The notes beneath the pieces were generated by a model. It worked only from the letters and a program-made list of their open reading frames with translations, had not been told where the DNA came from and made no database searches. Shown here one piece after another: positions 39,261 through 53,429 of a stretch of 64,000 nt of DNA. The stretch comes from Lama guanicoe (taxonomy: Eukaryota). Position 1 is the first letter of the stretch. Each line of letters opens with the position of its first letter. Location: contig MU053559.1 of NCBI GenBank assembly GCA_013239625.1, forward strand, positions 124,001 to 188,000, written 5' to 3'. The position numbers were made by a program, and so were the translations under genes.

Positions 39261-40249
39261 ATAGAAATCCCCTTCCAGTGTGGGTAGTGTCTTGGGCCCA
39301 GATCCATTGGTACAAAAAGAAAAGTTTAACACCAGGTAAAGGGGGTAGGGGAACCCCCAGCTCCAGAAAGTCACAGACAGGTATCATAGAAAACACAGCT
39401 TGTGTGGATTTGTTTAAAAAGTGGGTGGAAGGAAAACCAAGGAAGACGTGACGTAGCCTGTGGCCAGACGTCACCTGAGGATTTCACTGGCATCTACCAG
39501 ATGTCAAGTTCCACCACCGCAGCATCCCAGGACACAACACACCCAGCGGCTCTGCCTGTTGGCCCTCCTGCAGGGCCTCCTGATTGGGGATAGTTGGGGC
39601 AGAGGCTGCCGCTAAAGGCTGGGCCAGGCAGAGGCAGTGGGCACAGACAGGCAGACAGGGACTGGGGTTCCTGGGGCGGGGGCGAAATGAATCCAAGCCC
39701 CCCCACAGACTTCAGTCCTATCAAATGTGGGCAGAGAGCCCACCTCCCCAAGAAAAACTGCCCCGGTAAGGGGTGGCAGGGAGTTCTGTTCACACCAGAG
39801 TCTCCTGGCTGCCCCAAATGGCCCCGAGACCCTATATGGTCCATTTTGTGGAGAGGGTTCCTGAATGGAACAGGCTGGGCACGGGGACAGGAATGAACCC
39901 AACCAGGACGAGATCACAGTTTCCCTTTTTATAAAACGTCTAGTGTTGGGGGAAGACAGTGAATACCTAAATCACAACTGTAAACAGAAATGGAGGAAGG
40001 GGCTTGGAGTCCCCATGACATCATCCCCTCTTTTAAGCTGGCTGAGGGCCCCCAGTCCCCAGAACAGTGCAAGAGGAGAGGCAGGGTGTCAGACACCTTC
40101 GTGGGCCCATGGGGAGCCAGGGACCTTGGAAGATCAGGTTGGTGCCCCCCAGGACCAAGAGCAACCACACCCCAGGGCTCAGCGAGGTCAGCTGTGTGCT
40201 CCCCAGACTGGAGTCATGCCCAGGCCAAGAAGGGGCATTTCAGAAAGGG

Positions 40250-43200
40250 TCAGACCAGTGTCCCCGGGGTCTGGGGGTCAGAACCAGAGGACTGCTCCCC
40301 CTCTAGCGTCAGGTCACTTAAACGAGCGCTCAGCTCCGGGGGGTACAGGAAGTCCGCGTAGTATCTTTGGAAGGGGTAGCAGGAATCCGGAGGACAGGGT
40401 AGGAAGACAGAGGAGAGAGGAAAAGACGGACAAGACACAGAAAGAGAGAGGAAAAGAGGCTCGTTAAAGAGGTGGAGGCAGGCACAGGACAGCACCGTTA
40501 GGCTCACGAGCAGGGGACACGGTGAAAGTAGGAAGAGACAGGCGAGGGGCATAGGACGTCCCTTCCTCCCAGCACCCTGGTTTCAAGGCTCATTTTCAGC
40601 TGACATGCACTGGTTGTTCAAATGCTAAAATCCTAACATAGCGTGGTGAAGAACTGCTCCTACCAGGGCCCAAGACACCCCTCCGCAGAGACCCCACGGA
40701 CTAATGCGGGTCAGGCAGGGCCCCGTGTCCCCAGACCAAGGCTGCGGCTAGTTCTCCTGTGGTCCATGTCATTTGCGATCATGACCAGCGGCCCCCGTGG
40801 CCTGGACACCTTGACTGACTGCCTCAAGAGACCCCTACCCGTCAGTAAAAGCACCCCCCATACCTGCCGGAGACAGGGGGCGCCGTGAAACTCCTCGAGT
40901 GTGGGAGCGGCGCCTGGCTGGGGGCCCCGTACAGCGCCTGGCCCACCTCATAGCAGCGAGCATGGAGGAAGGGTGGGTGCTGCGGGCCCATGGCGGGGAG
41001 CACAGGCCGGCGCTGGGGCCCCGCGGCCAGTCCCGAGTTCCGGATGTACCAGTCCCGCAGCCCCTCCAGGGCCAGGTTCTTGTGGCCGCTGCGCTCAGCA
41101 GCCGGGGGAAGACGGGCGGGCGGGGGCATCCACAGCAGGGGGTTGGGATGCACCTCTGGACCCTCGGCAGCCTCCAGGGGCAGGCCACAGGGCTTGGTGC
41201 GGGCGGCACGGCTGTGGGGGTCCTTGCTGCGGAGAAGGGGGCTGCTGCCGTCAGCTGCGTACACAGGTGGTGGGCCTGGGAGCATGGCGAGGAGCCCATC
41301 CCGGCGGGAGAGGGGTCCTGGGACCTCGGCTGTGGGCAGCAGCTCCCCCCAGCCGGTCCCGCCGCCACCGCGGGGCAGGCCCCGGTCCAGGGAATAGTCC
41401 AAGAGGAAGTCCCCGCACACAGGTGGGAGGCGGGGGGCCCCGCGAGAGGCGGGGGCGGCTGAGCTAGGCCGGAGCAGCTCCCCCCAGCCGGTCCCGCCGC
41501 CACCGCGGGGCAGGCCCCGGTCCAGGGAATAGTCCAAGAGGAAGTCCCCGCACACAGGTGGGAGGCGGGGGGCCCCGGGAGGGGCGGGGGCGGCTGAGCT
41601 AGGCCGGGCAGCCCGGGGAGGGTCTGGGGGGCCAGCTGTACGGGAGGAGAAGGCAGGGGTGGGTTGGGGGCGCTCGTACAGCACCTCACTGCTCTTGCAG
41701 ACCGGGGGCCCAGCGGCAGGGGGCACCAGAGGCGCAGGTGGGGAGCCAGCTCCCCCACCAGCCGCCCGGTCCACCAGCAGGGCCTCGGAGCTATTGCTGC
41801 GGCGGGTGCGAGCAGCGAAGAGGGAGGCGCGGTCGGAGACAGGGTCAGCCCGGGGGAAGCCCATCTGGGAGTCCTGGCTGCCGGACCACTGGCGAGAATG
41901 GAGGCCTTCGGGTCTGGGGGCACAGAGGTGGGGGTGAAAGGAGACGGGTCAGAAATATCAGGCAGATGGGATGAGTGCCCTCCCTACCCTCCCTCTTTCT
42001 GAGCCTTCACTTCCACGCCACCAAATGGGCCCAGGATTAGAAGCTGTGTGTATAAAGGTGTTGGGGAGTGGTATGTAAAGGGCGGCAGAGGTTCTGCCCT
42101 GGACTAGGGGGCAGAGGGGTTGAAAATCGGGGTGCCTGGGACTCCAAGGGAGATGGAAGTGTGCTTAGGGCTGGAGAGGAAATGCTAGCAGGGGAGGGCA
42201 GAGGGCTCTTCCTAACACATCTGACCCCTCATCCCCTGCTAAGGTGCTTCTTCGGGCTCCCTGCCTGCTCCATGATGAGGCCAGGAATTCAAGACCCTTC
42301 TGGAACTCTCTGTCCCATCATGGGTATGAACCACCCCAAACTATCATCCCAATAGCCTCTATTCACAGAATGCAAGTGCCACAGGGATGGGGACTTTGTT
42401 GTGTTCACGGCCTGGAAAAAGGAGGTATGTTATCTGTTTAAGCAGTGGTAGAGTACAGTAGTTAAAAGCACGGACTCTTGAGTCAAACCTGGGTTCAAAT
42501 ACCAGGTCTTCAGTTTACTAACATGTTACTTAACCTCTGTGCCTCAGTTTCCTCATCTCTAAAATGGGAATAACAATAGTACCTTCCTCATCGGGATCTT
42601 GTGATAATTAAATAAGTCTGATACCAAGGAAAGCACTGACTCCTAGCAGATGGTAGGTACTCGGTACACGTTAACCAGAACTTACTACACCTACAGTGTC
42701 TTCCCCAGACAAATATTATGATGCTCATTTCACAAATGAGGAGACAAAGATTCAGAGAAGGGAAATGACTTGCCCAAAGTGCATAGAAAAGCCCAGACTC
42801 AAACTTTGGTGCTTCTCCCCAAAATCCATACCCCCTTCCCTTCTTCTCTACCAAGACAGCTCCTATTCACCTTTCAAAGCCCAGCCTTTCTTTTCTTTTC
42901 TTTTTTGGTCAATTAAAAATTTTTATTTATAATGTGATATCACACATATACATATATTGCATACTCCAAAAAATCTTTTACTTCTGTTTCTTTAGCATGC
43001 AATAAAACGCATTATGAACAAAAGCTCTGAAACAGAAATAAAATTCTTGCTTTTTCATACAAGCTACAAAGAAAATCAGAACAAAACTGATAGACTCAAA
43101 GCTCAGGCTCTCATGCCCCACACCCTTTGATAATGCTCTCCCTGATACCCCCAGTTAGAGCTACTAGTTCCCTCCTCTGGTCCTCAAACTCACCCTCAGA

Positions 43201-46057
43201 GTCCACTTACTTGCAGAGCTGGGGGCCAGCGCCCCGGGTGAGGACAGGGGTGGCAGGCACACTTCGTCCCTCAAAACTGGAGGCACTCCTGGGCAGCGAG
43301 CGTGTGGGGCTAGACAGAGACGGGCAGGCCCAGGTGGGGGTCCAGGTTAGAGACTGTAACCACCAGTGGGACCCCCTGCCAGCCCAGGCTTAGGCTCCAC
43401 TCCTGACTCCTGGGGAAGGAGGGCAGGGGCTCACCCTCACCTGGTGGGGCTGGCCACAGAGTTCCGCCGGCTCTTCAGATCCCCATAAAGATCCGACGGG
43501 GGTGCTTTCCATGGGGTTCGCCGCTCAGGGCTGCCCCCAGATACTGCCCGCAGCTGGTCCCAGGCTTTGGGTGGTGAGGGGCGCTCAGCCAGAGGGAAGC
43601 AGCCACGGGGCTCCTCTGGGTGGAATGGAGAAAGTAGGGGAGAAGTCAATGAGAGGGTACCCGAAGGGTTGCAGGCAAAGCAAAGGGTGGGGACTAGGGA
43701 GGCGGGGGGTGGGGGGCAGAGGGCGGGACAGGCTGAGGAGGAGCTGAAGGATGAGGTGAGAACTGGGGCTGATGGGGCAGGATGGAGTGAAGCAAAGAAG
43801 ATGGGGGTTCCACAGGAGGATGGGGCATGGCTCAAAAGAGCTGAAGAGGGAAGGTGAGGGCTGAGCATCAAAGGATGGGCAGATGTGGGAGAGACAGGTC
43901 CTCACCGTTATCATGGCTGGCCCCAGACTCTGAGAGGGAGCTGCTCTCTGAGTGCAGAACTACGTCCTCTACAGGTGAGAAGGGGGAGAACCGGGCCTAT
44001 CAATACAAAGCCTGGGTGCCATCCCCTTACACCACTGGGAAGTCTCCTCCTCACCCCCTTTGCTTCCCAAGAATCCACCTTTATCTAAATCTAAGATCAC
44101 CAGGGGCTTGATCTCTCACTTCCCTGATGCCTATTCCCAGTGGCCCCACCCTTGCCCAAGAGTCAGTTAATCATAATTCCTTAAGTTCCACCTCCCTCCC
44201 ACTTTTCACTGGCTGCTCACATACCCCACCCCTACCATGCCCACCCTCCAGCTTTCACTGGTGGGGTGACAGGGCCTGGCTCACCTTGGCTGAGCTGAGT
44301 GAGACGTGTGCCCAGGCAGACTCCCTGGGTGGTGATAACTGCGCCGGTGGACAGTGGCAGGGGCTGGAGAGGCGGGAGCACTGGGAGGCCCAGGCGGGCC
44401 CGGACATCCCCCAGCTGCTCCTCCAGCTCGTGCAGCCTCCGCAGCGCATCTGCCTGGACCTGGCGCCGACGCCGGCGCTGCTCGGCATTCAGCTCGGGGG
44501 CCAAGGCCAGGCGGCGGGCAGCTGCCGTAATCTGCTGCTGCACTGACACCTCGCGTTCCAGGGCCTCGAGCGCCAGCTCCTGTGGGGTCCACCCGAGTGG
44601 GACCAAAATGTTAGAAATGGTCAAGCATAGTAAGCAGGCGGTGGCAGAGCCAGGCTGCACTGGAGGCAGGGCCTGGGTTGAGTGGGGCTGAGCCTATGCA
44701 TCTTGGGGTGGGGGGTGGGGGGGCAAGGGTGAAAAGCCGATCCTGACAGTTAGGGACCAGCATCCTCTCTCTCAGTCCTGGAACCCACCTCCCTCAAGCT
44801 CGGTGCCTTTTTCCCTTAGCCTCTCCTTCCCCTGGACACAGCCTGCCCTCTGCTTCCTCCCGGCTCCTCCTCCCCTGTACCTGTCCCACCCCCATCTTGC
44901 TCTGTGTGCCCATCTGCTCACCTCAGCGGGACATAAGGAGTGGTGTGCTGGGTTGGGGTGTGGTGGAGGATAGGCTCGGGCTGCAGGGGGCCGCCGGCGG
45001 ACCAACTGGGGCCGTTCTCCAGGCTCCAGTGGGCACTCGGGGGGCAGCTGGCCAGTCAGCTCCTGGGTGAACGAAGGCACATGTCAGAGACCACAGGATT
45101 AGTTGGGGAGGATGTGGCAAAGCAGCCTGAATCTACAGAAGTCCTACTAGGACCCCAGCCCTACTCGGCATCCACGCCTGTTCTCTTCCTCCTCCCAATA
45201 CTCCACTGGGCGGGTGTATGGCACAGACTCTCAGCCCCTCATTGGCCCAAATCCCTGGGGCAGTGGGCATGGGAAGCAGGGAGACCTGCTTCGGAATCCG
45301 GAATATCTTCATTTTTTATACAGGTGACACCATCTTTATACTACATATTATATGACACTCTTTGAGGCCTGGGCTGCATGCTCTGAACTGCATTATTATT
45401 TCTGGCAAACTGTGTGGATAGTCACAGCAAGAGGGGTAAATCGAAACTATAAATCACCTTATGTCAGTTCAGATCAGGTTTCACTGCCAAGTTTTGGAAA
45501 TAACTTATGTGAGGGTTTTTTGTTTGTTTGTTTTTTTGAGGTTTTTTGGATTCTAAATTATTGACAGGGAGTTGTGGTAAAATATTACCATATTTTGTTG
45601 ATTCTAAGACATCTGAGCTGAGCTTTGGAGAATCTACAGCTCAGACAAGTGGTTCAGTGATCACCACCTGATTGCCTACCTCGCCCCGGCTCCTCACCCC
45701 AACACCAACACCCTTAGGATCAGGCCCTCACCGCCTCCTGGAGACACACTTTTCGTAGCTCCTGAAGTTTCAGGCTCAGGGCCTCCTGCAGGGCCCGCTG
45801 CCGGTCAAGCAGCCCCCGGAGCCGCTCTGACTTCACTTGGGGGGCAGCCTCTCCAAACAGGGCAGCTGGACACGGAGGGAACAAAGATCAGGGGCACAAC
45901 TGGGGCAACCTGGAGCAGCGGTGGGGCCAGGGACCAACCCTTCCCAAGTAGACAGGAGGTGACTCAGAGCTGGGGAGGAGGCAGCAGGAGAGGGAACCCA
46001 ACACCGACCTGAGGCATTGAAGGTGGGAGAGCTGATCAGCTGACCTTTGACTTCCAT
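40250..46057 (-). CDS. CCDC120: Coiled-coil domain-containing protein 120
   Basis: Exons 46057-46009 (MEVKGQLISSPTFNAS), 45865-45732, 45062-44922, 44579-44285, 43968-43906, 43615-43441, 43309-43211, 41913-40842 (ends RYGGCFY*), or 41913-40864 spliced to 40364-40250 (ends PQTPGTLV*). All GT-AG with consistent phases. Confidence 0.95.
41338..41607. repeat. In-frame 135-bp tandem duplication within the CCDC120 coding exon
   Basis: 41338-41472 and 41473-41607; 2 mismatches (41443/41578, 41447/41582). Confidence 0.95.
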
Positions 46058-49000
46058 CCTGGTGCTGTCAAGAGGCCGTGGCTGATGGCTGGGCAAGGCC
46101 TGGCAGTGATGCACGGGAGCCACTGAGGAAGCACATCCCCTGATCCCCCAATCTCCACCCAGACCCAGGTTCCCAGACCCCAGCTGCAAATGAGGGGTAC
46201 CCTGGCCCCACCCACCTGCTTGGTCTGCCCTCTCAGAATCTGTGTCAATGTCAAGGCCCTGGTACCTTGGTTCCCTTCCCATTGAGTGGGAGCACAGCAA
46301 GTGGGGAGCCGGGCGGACTTACAACGCCTCCTCAGAGGCCCATGGGCCACAGTCAGGAGTCTTGCCTAGGAAGGGAAAACGAATGGCATGGATTCAACCA
46401 ACGATAAGGGCGGTGAGCATTTATTAAGCACCTGGGTACCTGGAACAGGTAACTTCTATGCCACGTTTAATCTTCACAACCACCCTGTGATGCCAGTTCT
46501 GTGATTATTATAACCCCATTTTAGAGACAAAGAGAGTAAGACACAGAGAAAGGAAATCACCTGCCCACAGCTGAGGGTCCAACACTCTCCCTTACTAGAG
46601 GTGCTGAACCCCACCAATTCCTCATAAGCTCACAGCCCAGCAGGACTCCAGACTTTGCACAAGCTGTGGCTGCTGTCCAGGGCCCTCTTTTCACGTCTCA
46701 CCACTCCAGCCCCTGGCGCTCACTCATACCCTGGGACTTCGATGTCACTTCCAGAGGTGGGTCCCTGCATTATGTCCCCTCACAACTGCTGTCCAACAAG
46801 AGACTGTGCCTCTCTTGTACATTTAGGAGGCCAGAAAACGTATCTGTCCTTTTCTCATCAGTCTTTTTCTCTGGCACGTGGAACACTTCTGTGTACACAG
46901 CAAGTGCTCAGTGAATGTCTGCTGGGTGAACAAAAGAATGACTGTGGTCTGTGGGTCACTACTTGTCCTAACACCACCCTGCGTCCCTGGTGTGGCAGGG
47001 AGAGTGTTCTCCTGGCCTCAGGACCCCTCCAGTCCCTCCCCGCACCCTAGCCTGTCCTGCATCCAGCAGGGGGAAGTCACCCTGCTGGGACTGAAAACGA
47101 CAAAGTCCACAGTTGCAGATAAGAAGCTGACTGCCTCCTGCCTCCTTCTCTACCCCCAGACGCCCTGGCTGGCGGTGGAGCCTGCTTTGGCTGGCCGCCA
47201 GTCCTGCCCTCGTCCCTTCCTCTGGAGTTTGCTCCTTCCCTCCCACATCCTGCTCAGTCCCCAGCTGGGAAGCCAGGTGACATCACCTCCCACCACCTGG
47301 CCTGACCTCGGTGGCAGGCGATTGGGAGGATCTCATGAGGCCACAGAGGTCCCATCCCCACCAACCTCGAAATCCCCGGCTTGTCATGACATGGTGGCCA
47401 GGTGTGGAGAAGACCTAGGCAGCTGAGATGGCATGAGTTCAAGCCCCTTCCCCGTCTGCATATTGGGGGATGTGGCCAAGCTATTAACAGGGTACCACTG
47501 GTATCTCAGCAGTCCTCCCACTTGCCCCATTGGGTCTGTAGCCTTCCCACAAGGCAGGGGTTCCCTGTCCCCAACATCAGGGGCAGGGTCCATCCCTAAA
47601 GCCCTTCTGAACATCCAGGCAACAGCATGTGCTTGGCAGAGGGGCTCACATGCCCACCCTCCAAGAGCTGACATTGCCCAGCATGGCAGGGTTTCCTTGA
47701 GGTCCTAGCTTAGCCTCCTCTGACCCTCAGCTCCTGGGGTTCTTTCCTCCCCAGCCCCAATCTGGGTTTGAGGAACTCTCCCAGGGCCCCCCTAAACCTT
47801 CCTCCACCCCGACAGGAACCTCAACTCCTCCCCAATGGGCCCATTCACCAGGATCAGTCCCACATCCCACACTAGGCTGCTCTGAGCCTTCCTTCCCTGG
47901 GAGCTCGTGGCATCCTGGAAGTCCACATGGGGTCCAGACAGGAACCCCGACTCCACCCTGTCAGCCTGACCTCGGGGACATAGCTAGGGCCTGAGTCATG
48001 GGGTCATTGGGCAGGCTAGACACAGGGTCAACGCCCCACACCCGCACACCTGCTCTTAAGCCTCTGCCTCTGCTCGCCTACCCTCTGCACATTTGCCTGG
48101 GGGCCTGGGGCCACCTGGTCCCCACCCAAAGATGGTGAGAAGGGGGATCCCAGCAGTCCCCTCCACAATGCACCCCTACACCAGCCCATGGGTCTCCCCA
48201 CCGGTGACCCTGTGTCCCCGTCCTGTCCCAGGATGGGCTGCAGCAAGAGAGCTGCAGAGGGCACCCCCCACACCCAGAGGCGGGCCCAGCAGGTTTTTCA
48301 GGTCTGCCCTTCTGACACCACAGCCCAGAAAGAAATTCCTGGCTGTAATGACTGTTTACAACCAAGACACCTCACCTGGGTGGCACCCCAACACCTCAGT
48401 GGGACCCCCATTTCCACATCCTGCCACCTTCAGAGCAAATACAAACTCCCAGTGTCTGGCACTGTTCCCCACACTGCCCTAGAGCCCCTCCGTCCCCACT
48501 CTAGGGGAACAGATGGGGGGCAGGCAGGTGCCGGGACGCAGTTTCTCAAGAGCCCAGTATGAGCTTTCCTAGGGGGCTGGGCCCCGGGTTGAAGGAGGGC
48601 ATGAGGTACCCCTGCAGGGGAGAAAGGGGGAGAGGAAGTAGGGGAGTGGAGAAGGACTCTGGCTTCTCTTCTCCCCCATCCCTTCCCCTTGTCCACTTCC
48701 GGCAAGGGATCGGCCTCGTGCCAGGAAAGGAAACTGGACATTTTGGGCTTCGCCCCTCTACTCAGGCGCTCCTTCCTCGCCGTGCCTCTCGCACAGACCT
48801 GGGTCTCTCCTGCAGGGAACTTCAGTACACCCCATACTGCTCTCCCCACACCCCTCGCCCTGGGCCCACTGTTCCCAGGTGCTCACCAATGCCAGAGAGG
48901 TGCTGTGGAGTGGCCTCAGGTACCTCAAAAAAAAAAAATAGTCGTCTCAACAAGGCCCTGCTCCGGCTGATAGTGGCAGTGAGCAGGGGTGAGCACAGTG

Positions 49001-51144
49001 GTGGATGCCTAGGCCGCCTCCCACTAGGCGATGGCCCAGCCTACCTGGCCAGGGACTGGGCCGGCCCATATCTTTTAACCCTTGCCTGCCTGCCACCAGG
49101 GCTCAGGCCACCCTTAGGGGCAGTCTTGGGGCCAGGTCCCCTCAGGGTGTCCAGCAAGGCCAAGAAGAGAGCCTGACATCCCCCCTCCCTGCCAGACACC
49201 TAGCAGAGGACAGAGGAAGAAGGGATAAGGGTCATGGGAGCAGCGGCTGCCTCTGGTGCTGCCCAAGCGCCCAGATCAGACCCTGGCCACCCAAAGGAAC
49301 TACTTGGGGGCTGAGGGATGGAGGTCTGGGGAGTTGTTAGGCACACAGGAGGCCTTGGGTGTTCATTGGGTGTGTGTCTCTTGGCAACACATCACATTTC
49401 TGAGGCTCCTACCCTTTCCTCCCAGGGCAAGGAAGGGGTGGGAGAAGGTCTTAGGGCAAATCCTACCCTCACTGGGGTAGAAGTTCCCCAAGATGGAACA
49501 TATGAGGTTACCTTTTCTAAGGAGAACATGTCTCAAGACCCTACCACCTTCTGCAGCTCCAGAAGAAATCATCTCAGCAAACGGAAGACACACACAGGCG
49601 ATTTAATCCCTCCTGACCCCTACAAACCTGGGAGGATGGCACGGCCCCAGCTCCTCATAGCCAGCTTGTAGAGATGAAAGCTGGGGCTTGCAGAGGTGAA
49701 GAGGCCCGATTCTGACCAGAGAGGCATAAGAGCAGGTAGAATCAGAATTCGGGGGGGCTGGGTCCTGGGTTGCAGGCTGACAGAGGCAATCCCTGCAAGG
49801 CAGGAGGACTGGGCATGGGGGCTCATGCTTCTTCACATCCAGGCTGAGGCTCTCCCAGTCCTCTCCCTATGCTCCTGGGACATTTCTGGCCAAGAGTCAA
49901 GGAAATGAAGGACTCTGAGCCTCTACGAGGTCCTGCTTCCTCCACACCACCACCTGGGCTCTGGGCCGACCCCAACACACACCACACATCCTGCGCTCCA
50001 TTTGGGACCATCTGCTCTGTGACCTCAGGGCCCGAGCCCAACCCAGGCCCCGGCAGCCCACACATGATGCGAAAGCACAGAGTAAAGAAAGCTCCCTCAC
50101 CACTTGGCAGGGGGGCCAAGCCTGGAGAGGAACTTGCTCTGTACCAGCAACGCCCAGTGTATGTGCTATTGAGGCCTCCTGCCACCCTGCCCACCTTTCT
50201 TCCTGGGTGTGAGATTTCCTGCATGGGACACAAAGGCCCCTTTCATCACCCTCCTTCTCCCTCCTCTCACTGCCTGCGGCTGGTGGAGGCAGCAGCCACG
50301 AGGTGGGCAGCTGGGGGCTGGTGGGGAGTGTCTTCTCAGCCATGGCCTCGCTCATCTCTTAAGGGACACCAAGGACGTTGGGAAGAGGGATGTTTATAAA
50401 ATTAGAGCCGAGAGGGAAAGGGTATCTGGCCAGCAATGCCAACTGAGTCTCAAGGCTGAGGTTTCCTCAACTGTAAAACTGGTAAACAGTACTAACAGAG
50501 CCAACAGAGGCCAAAGTAACTTTGGAAGACATTTCAAAGTGCAAGGAAACTCACACCACATTATTAACGACCGTTAGTAACTACAATCACAAACTCATGC
50601 AGAGGTGGGCTGGTTCAAGAGGAAGGAGGGAACAGCAGGTAACCGGGCCTCTTGGGCCAGGCAGATAGGTGGGGCAGAGTCACCCACACACATCACTGCC
50701 CTAGTCCACAACGTTTAATACCCTGGAGGACGGCCACCTCTAAGGCCCTCCCCAGTGGGGACCTGAGCCTCCTGTGGCCTCCTGTAGGGCTAACAAGTGG
50801 TGGGTCTGGGATTCAACCCAGCTCTGCCGCTTAGTGGCTGTGTGACTGCTTGGACACATCACTTAACCTCTCTGTACCTCAACGTCCTCATCTATAAAAT
50901 GGGGGTAGTATATGCCTCCCAGGAGGGTGGTGAGCGTGACATGAACTAAGACATTTAAAGCTCACTTGGGACAGTGCCTGGCCCGAGCTGAGTGCTCAGT
51001 ATGTATTGGCTGTCATACATAATCACAAGTACTCCTCTCAGTCCAAAGTCAGGATTAATCACACACACGCACACGCTCACGCACACACACACACAGAGGG
51101 GAAGAGACAGACAGACAGACAAAGGTGGTATCTCTCAGCCTTGA

Positions 51145-51790
51145 AACCCTCCCTACTTGCTGCCTAGACATACTTGAAACAGAGCTGTTTTCCCTCATTA
51201 TCCAACCCCTCCCTACTCAAAACCAAAAATGCAGGAACCAAATCTATTCAGAAGAATTGTCCAAACTCTCACTATCCAAATACAGCAACTGAATGGATTT
51301 GGATATATTTATGAGATAGGACTGGTATATCCGTCACTCTCTGAGCTTTCCTTACTCACCAGGCAAAATACAGGAACCAAGTACATTTCTACAACGTGAT
51401 ACCCTTACTAATCCCAACTCTTGCCACTGGAGCACAGGGAAATGAATACATTTGAATACATTTTTGAGTTTGAGCCATTATCCCTCATTATCTGAACTCT
51501 CCCTACTCACTCTGTAAAATGCAAAAACAAAATATACCCCCAAATAACTTGATATCTTTCACTGTCTGAACTATCCAAACTCTCCCTCTCAGAACTTGGG
51601 TACCAAATATACTGGGACAGTGTGGGATGCTTGTGTTGTTATGAAGAGGTCTGGATAAAGGCTTTGGATAAATGAGATAGGTCTGGTATCTCGTTATTCC
51701 AACTCTCACTACTCTCGATGAGAAACACAGGAACAAAACATAATTGAATGACATGTTACCTCCTCACCATCCAAATTCTCCCTGTCTGTC
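51145..51790. repeat. Degenerate local tandem array
   Basis: Recurring ccctcattatc..aac.ctccctactca...aaaat.caggaac.aa units at ~51191, 51330, 51481 and 51689. Confidence 0.6.
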
Positions 51791-53429
51791 CTCAAAGTCA
51801 AGGAGATTCAGATAGTGAAAGAAATCTGTATTTTTCTTGTGGTTGTTATTGTCACCACTGGATGGGCCTGATTCTAACAGTGATAGCCCCCCCACAACAG
51901 ACCTGCCCCACAGAGGTGGGATGGACTTAGCACCAAGATTTGTATTGCTTATTGCTGAGAAAGGGGATAAACTCCCATCCCACTCCTACCCCTACCAAGC
52001 CCTGAACCCTCTAGCCTAGAATGGACTTTTTTCAGGCTAGGAAAACAGGGATCACTGCACCTAGTGCCAAGACTAGGAGATAGGGGTAAGATGTCCTAGA
52101 AGTTTCACACATACCCCCGAGTCCTGAACTCTTACATGGACAGCCCCCAACCTAGCAAGGCTGGAAACATGACCCGGACCTCACAGGCTCCCAGAGATTC
52201 ACTGAATAATTCAGGGTGTTCTTTCACACTTGGGGAGGGTGTGAGGGCATAGGACCAGTTCCAGGCCCTCCTGGGACAGGGAGAGAAATGCAAGCCTTGT
52301 GTGAGCTCACTGGGTAGGGGGGTGGGGGAAATCACATGTGAAAACTCCCTCTGCTGCGCAGGGCCCACAAGGCTGCTTGCTCTTGTTCATGCTAAGAGAA
52401 GCATTTGGGATGAATTTCAGAGATTATGGGAACCTCCAAGTTCAAATGCAGGGTACAATGGGGCCCCTTTCCTTCTGGGCTCAGAGGAGATAGAAAGTGG
52501 GTGTTACAAAGGAGGGAGATCTGAACAGCATGGAGGGGCATGGTATAGGGTAGGACAGGGGCCTGGGGTAGGGACAGGATGAAGGGACAAGACAGGAAGG
52601 AGTACAGGGAACAAAACAGAATCAGAGTCATTGCAGGATGGAGGTCAGGAGGCAAGACAGAGAAGGAGCCAGGACACTGGCCAAGGGATGGGATGGAGTG
52701 AGGCTCAGGACAAGGGCCAGAGAAAAAGTAGGGGACAGTAGGGGACAAAAGAGCAGGGCAGGGGACAGGGTCAGTATAAAACAGTAGTCAGGAGACATGA
52801 CGGGGGACAGGCCAAGACAGCGGTCAAAGAAGGGGATAGGGAAAAGGGCAGGTTCAAGATGGAGGTAAGGAACAGGAAAAGACCGGGACAGAATGAAGAT
52901 AGGAACAAGGACAGTGGTGGGACAGGAGAAGACAAGGGAAAACAGCATAGGTTAGGGGCAGGGGCACGGCAGGCGACAAGAGGGACAGTCTAAAGCTGGT
53001 GAGCCAAGATGGAGTTCAGGAATCAGGAGGGGGACCGGTGGAATAGTATAGGGTGGGGAGAAAATACAGAAGTCATAGGTCAGGAATCAAGGCAACCTGG
53101 ATTAGACTGGGGTTAGGGGGACAGGAAGGGGTTCAGGGACTGGACAAGAGTTTAGAAACAGGACCGAAACTGGGGTGCTCAAGACAAGGCAAGATGAGCT
53201 TCAGAGATAGAACAGGGTCAGGCAAGCATCTGGGGTCAGGTCAAGGATCCTAAGAACAGAACTGTACGGGGTTTGGGGTCAGGACTGGATTTAGGGCGTG
53301 CAAAACGGGGTTTGAGAATCACATCAGGCCAGAATATGGTTGGGTTAGGGGTCAGACCAGAGGTCCTGGGGTCCGGGGTCTGAGATTAAAGAAAGATGTA
53401 CTCAGGTCAGGCAGGGGTCGAGAGGGAGA

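Noticed and set aside
40835..41923. 362-aa alternative-frame ORF and antisense ORFs over the big CCDC120 exon
   Set aside because: Shadow frames of a GC-rich exon; no independent support.
51145..51790. Repeat-spacer appearance suggestive of a CRISPR array
   Set aside because: Mammalian context, highly degenerate repeats, irregular and related spacers, no cas genes.
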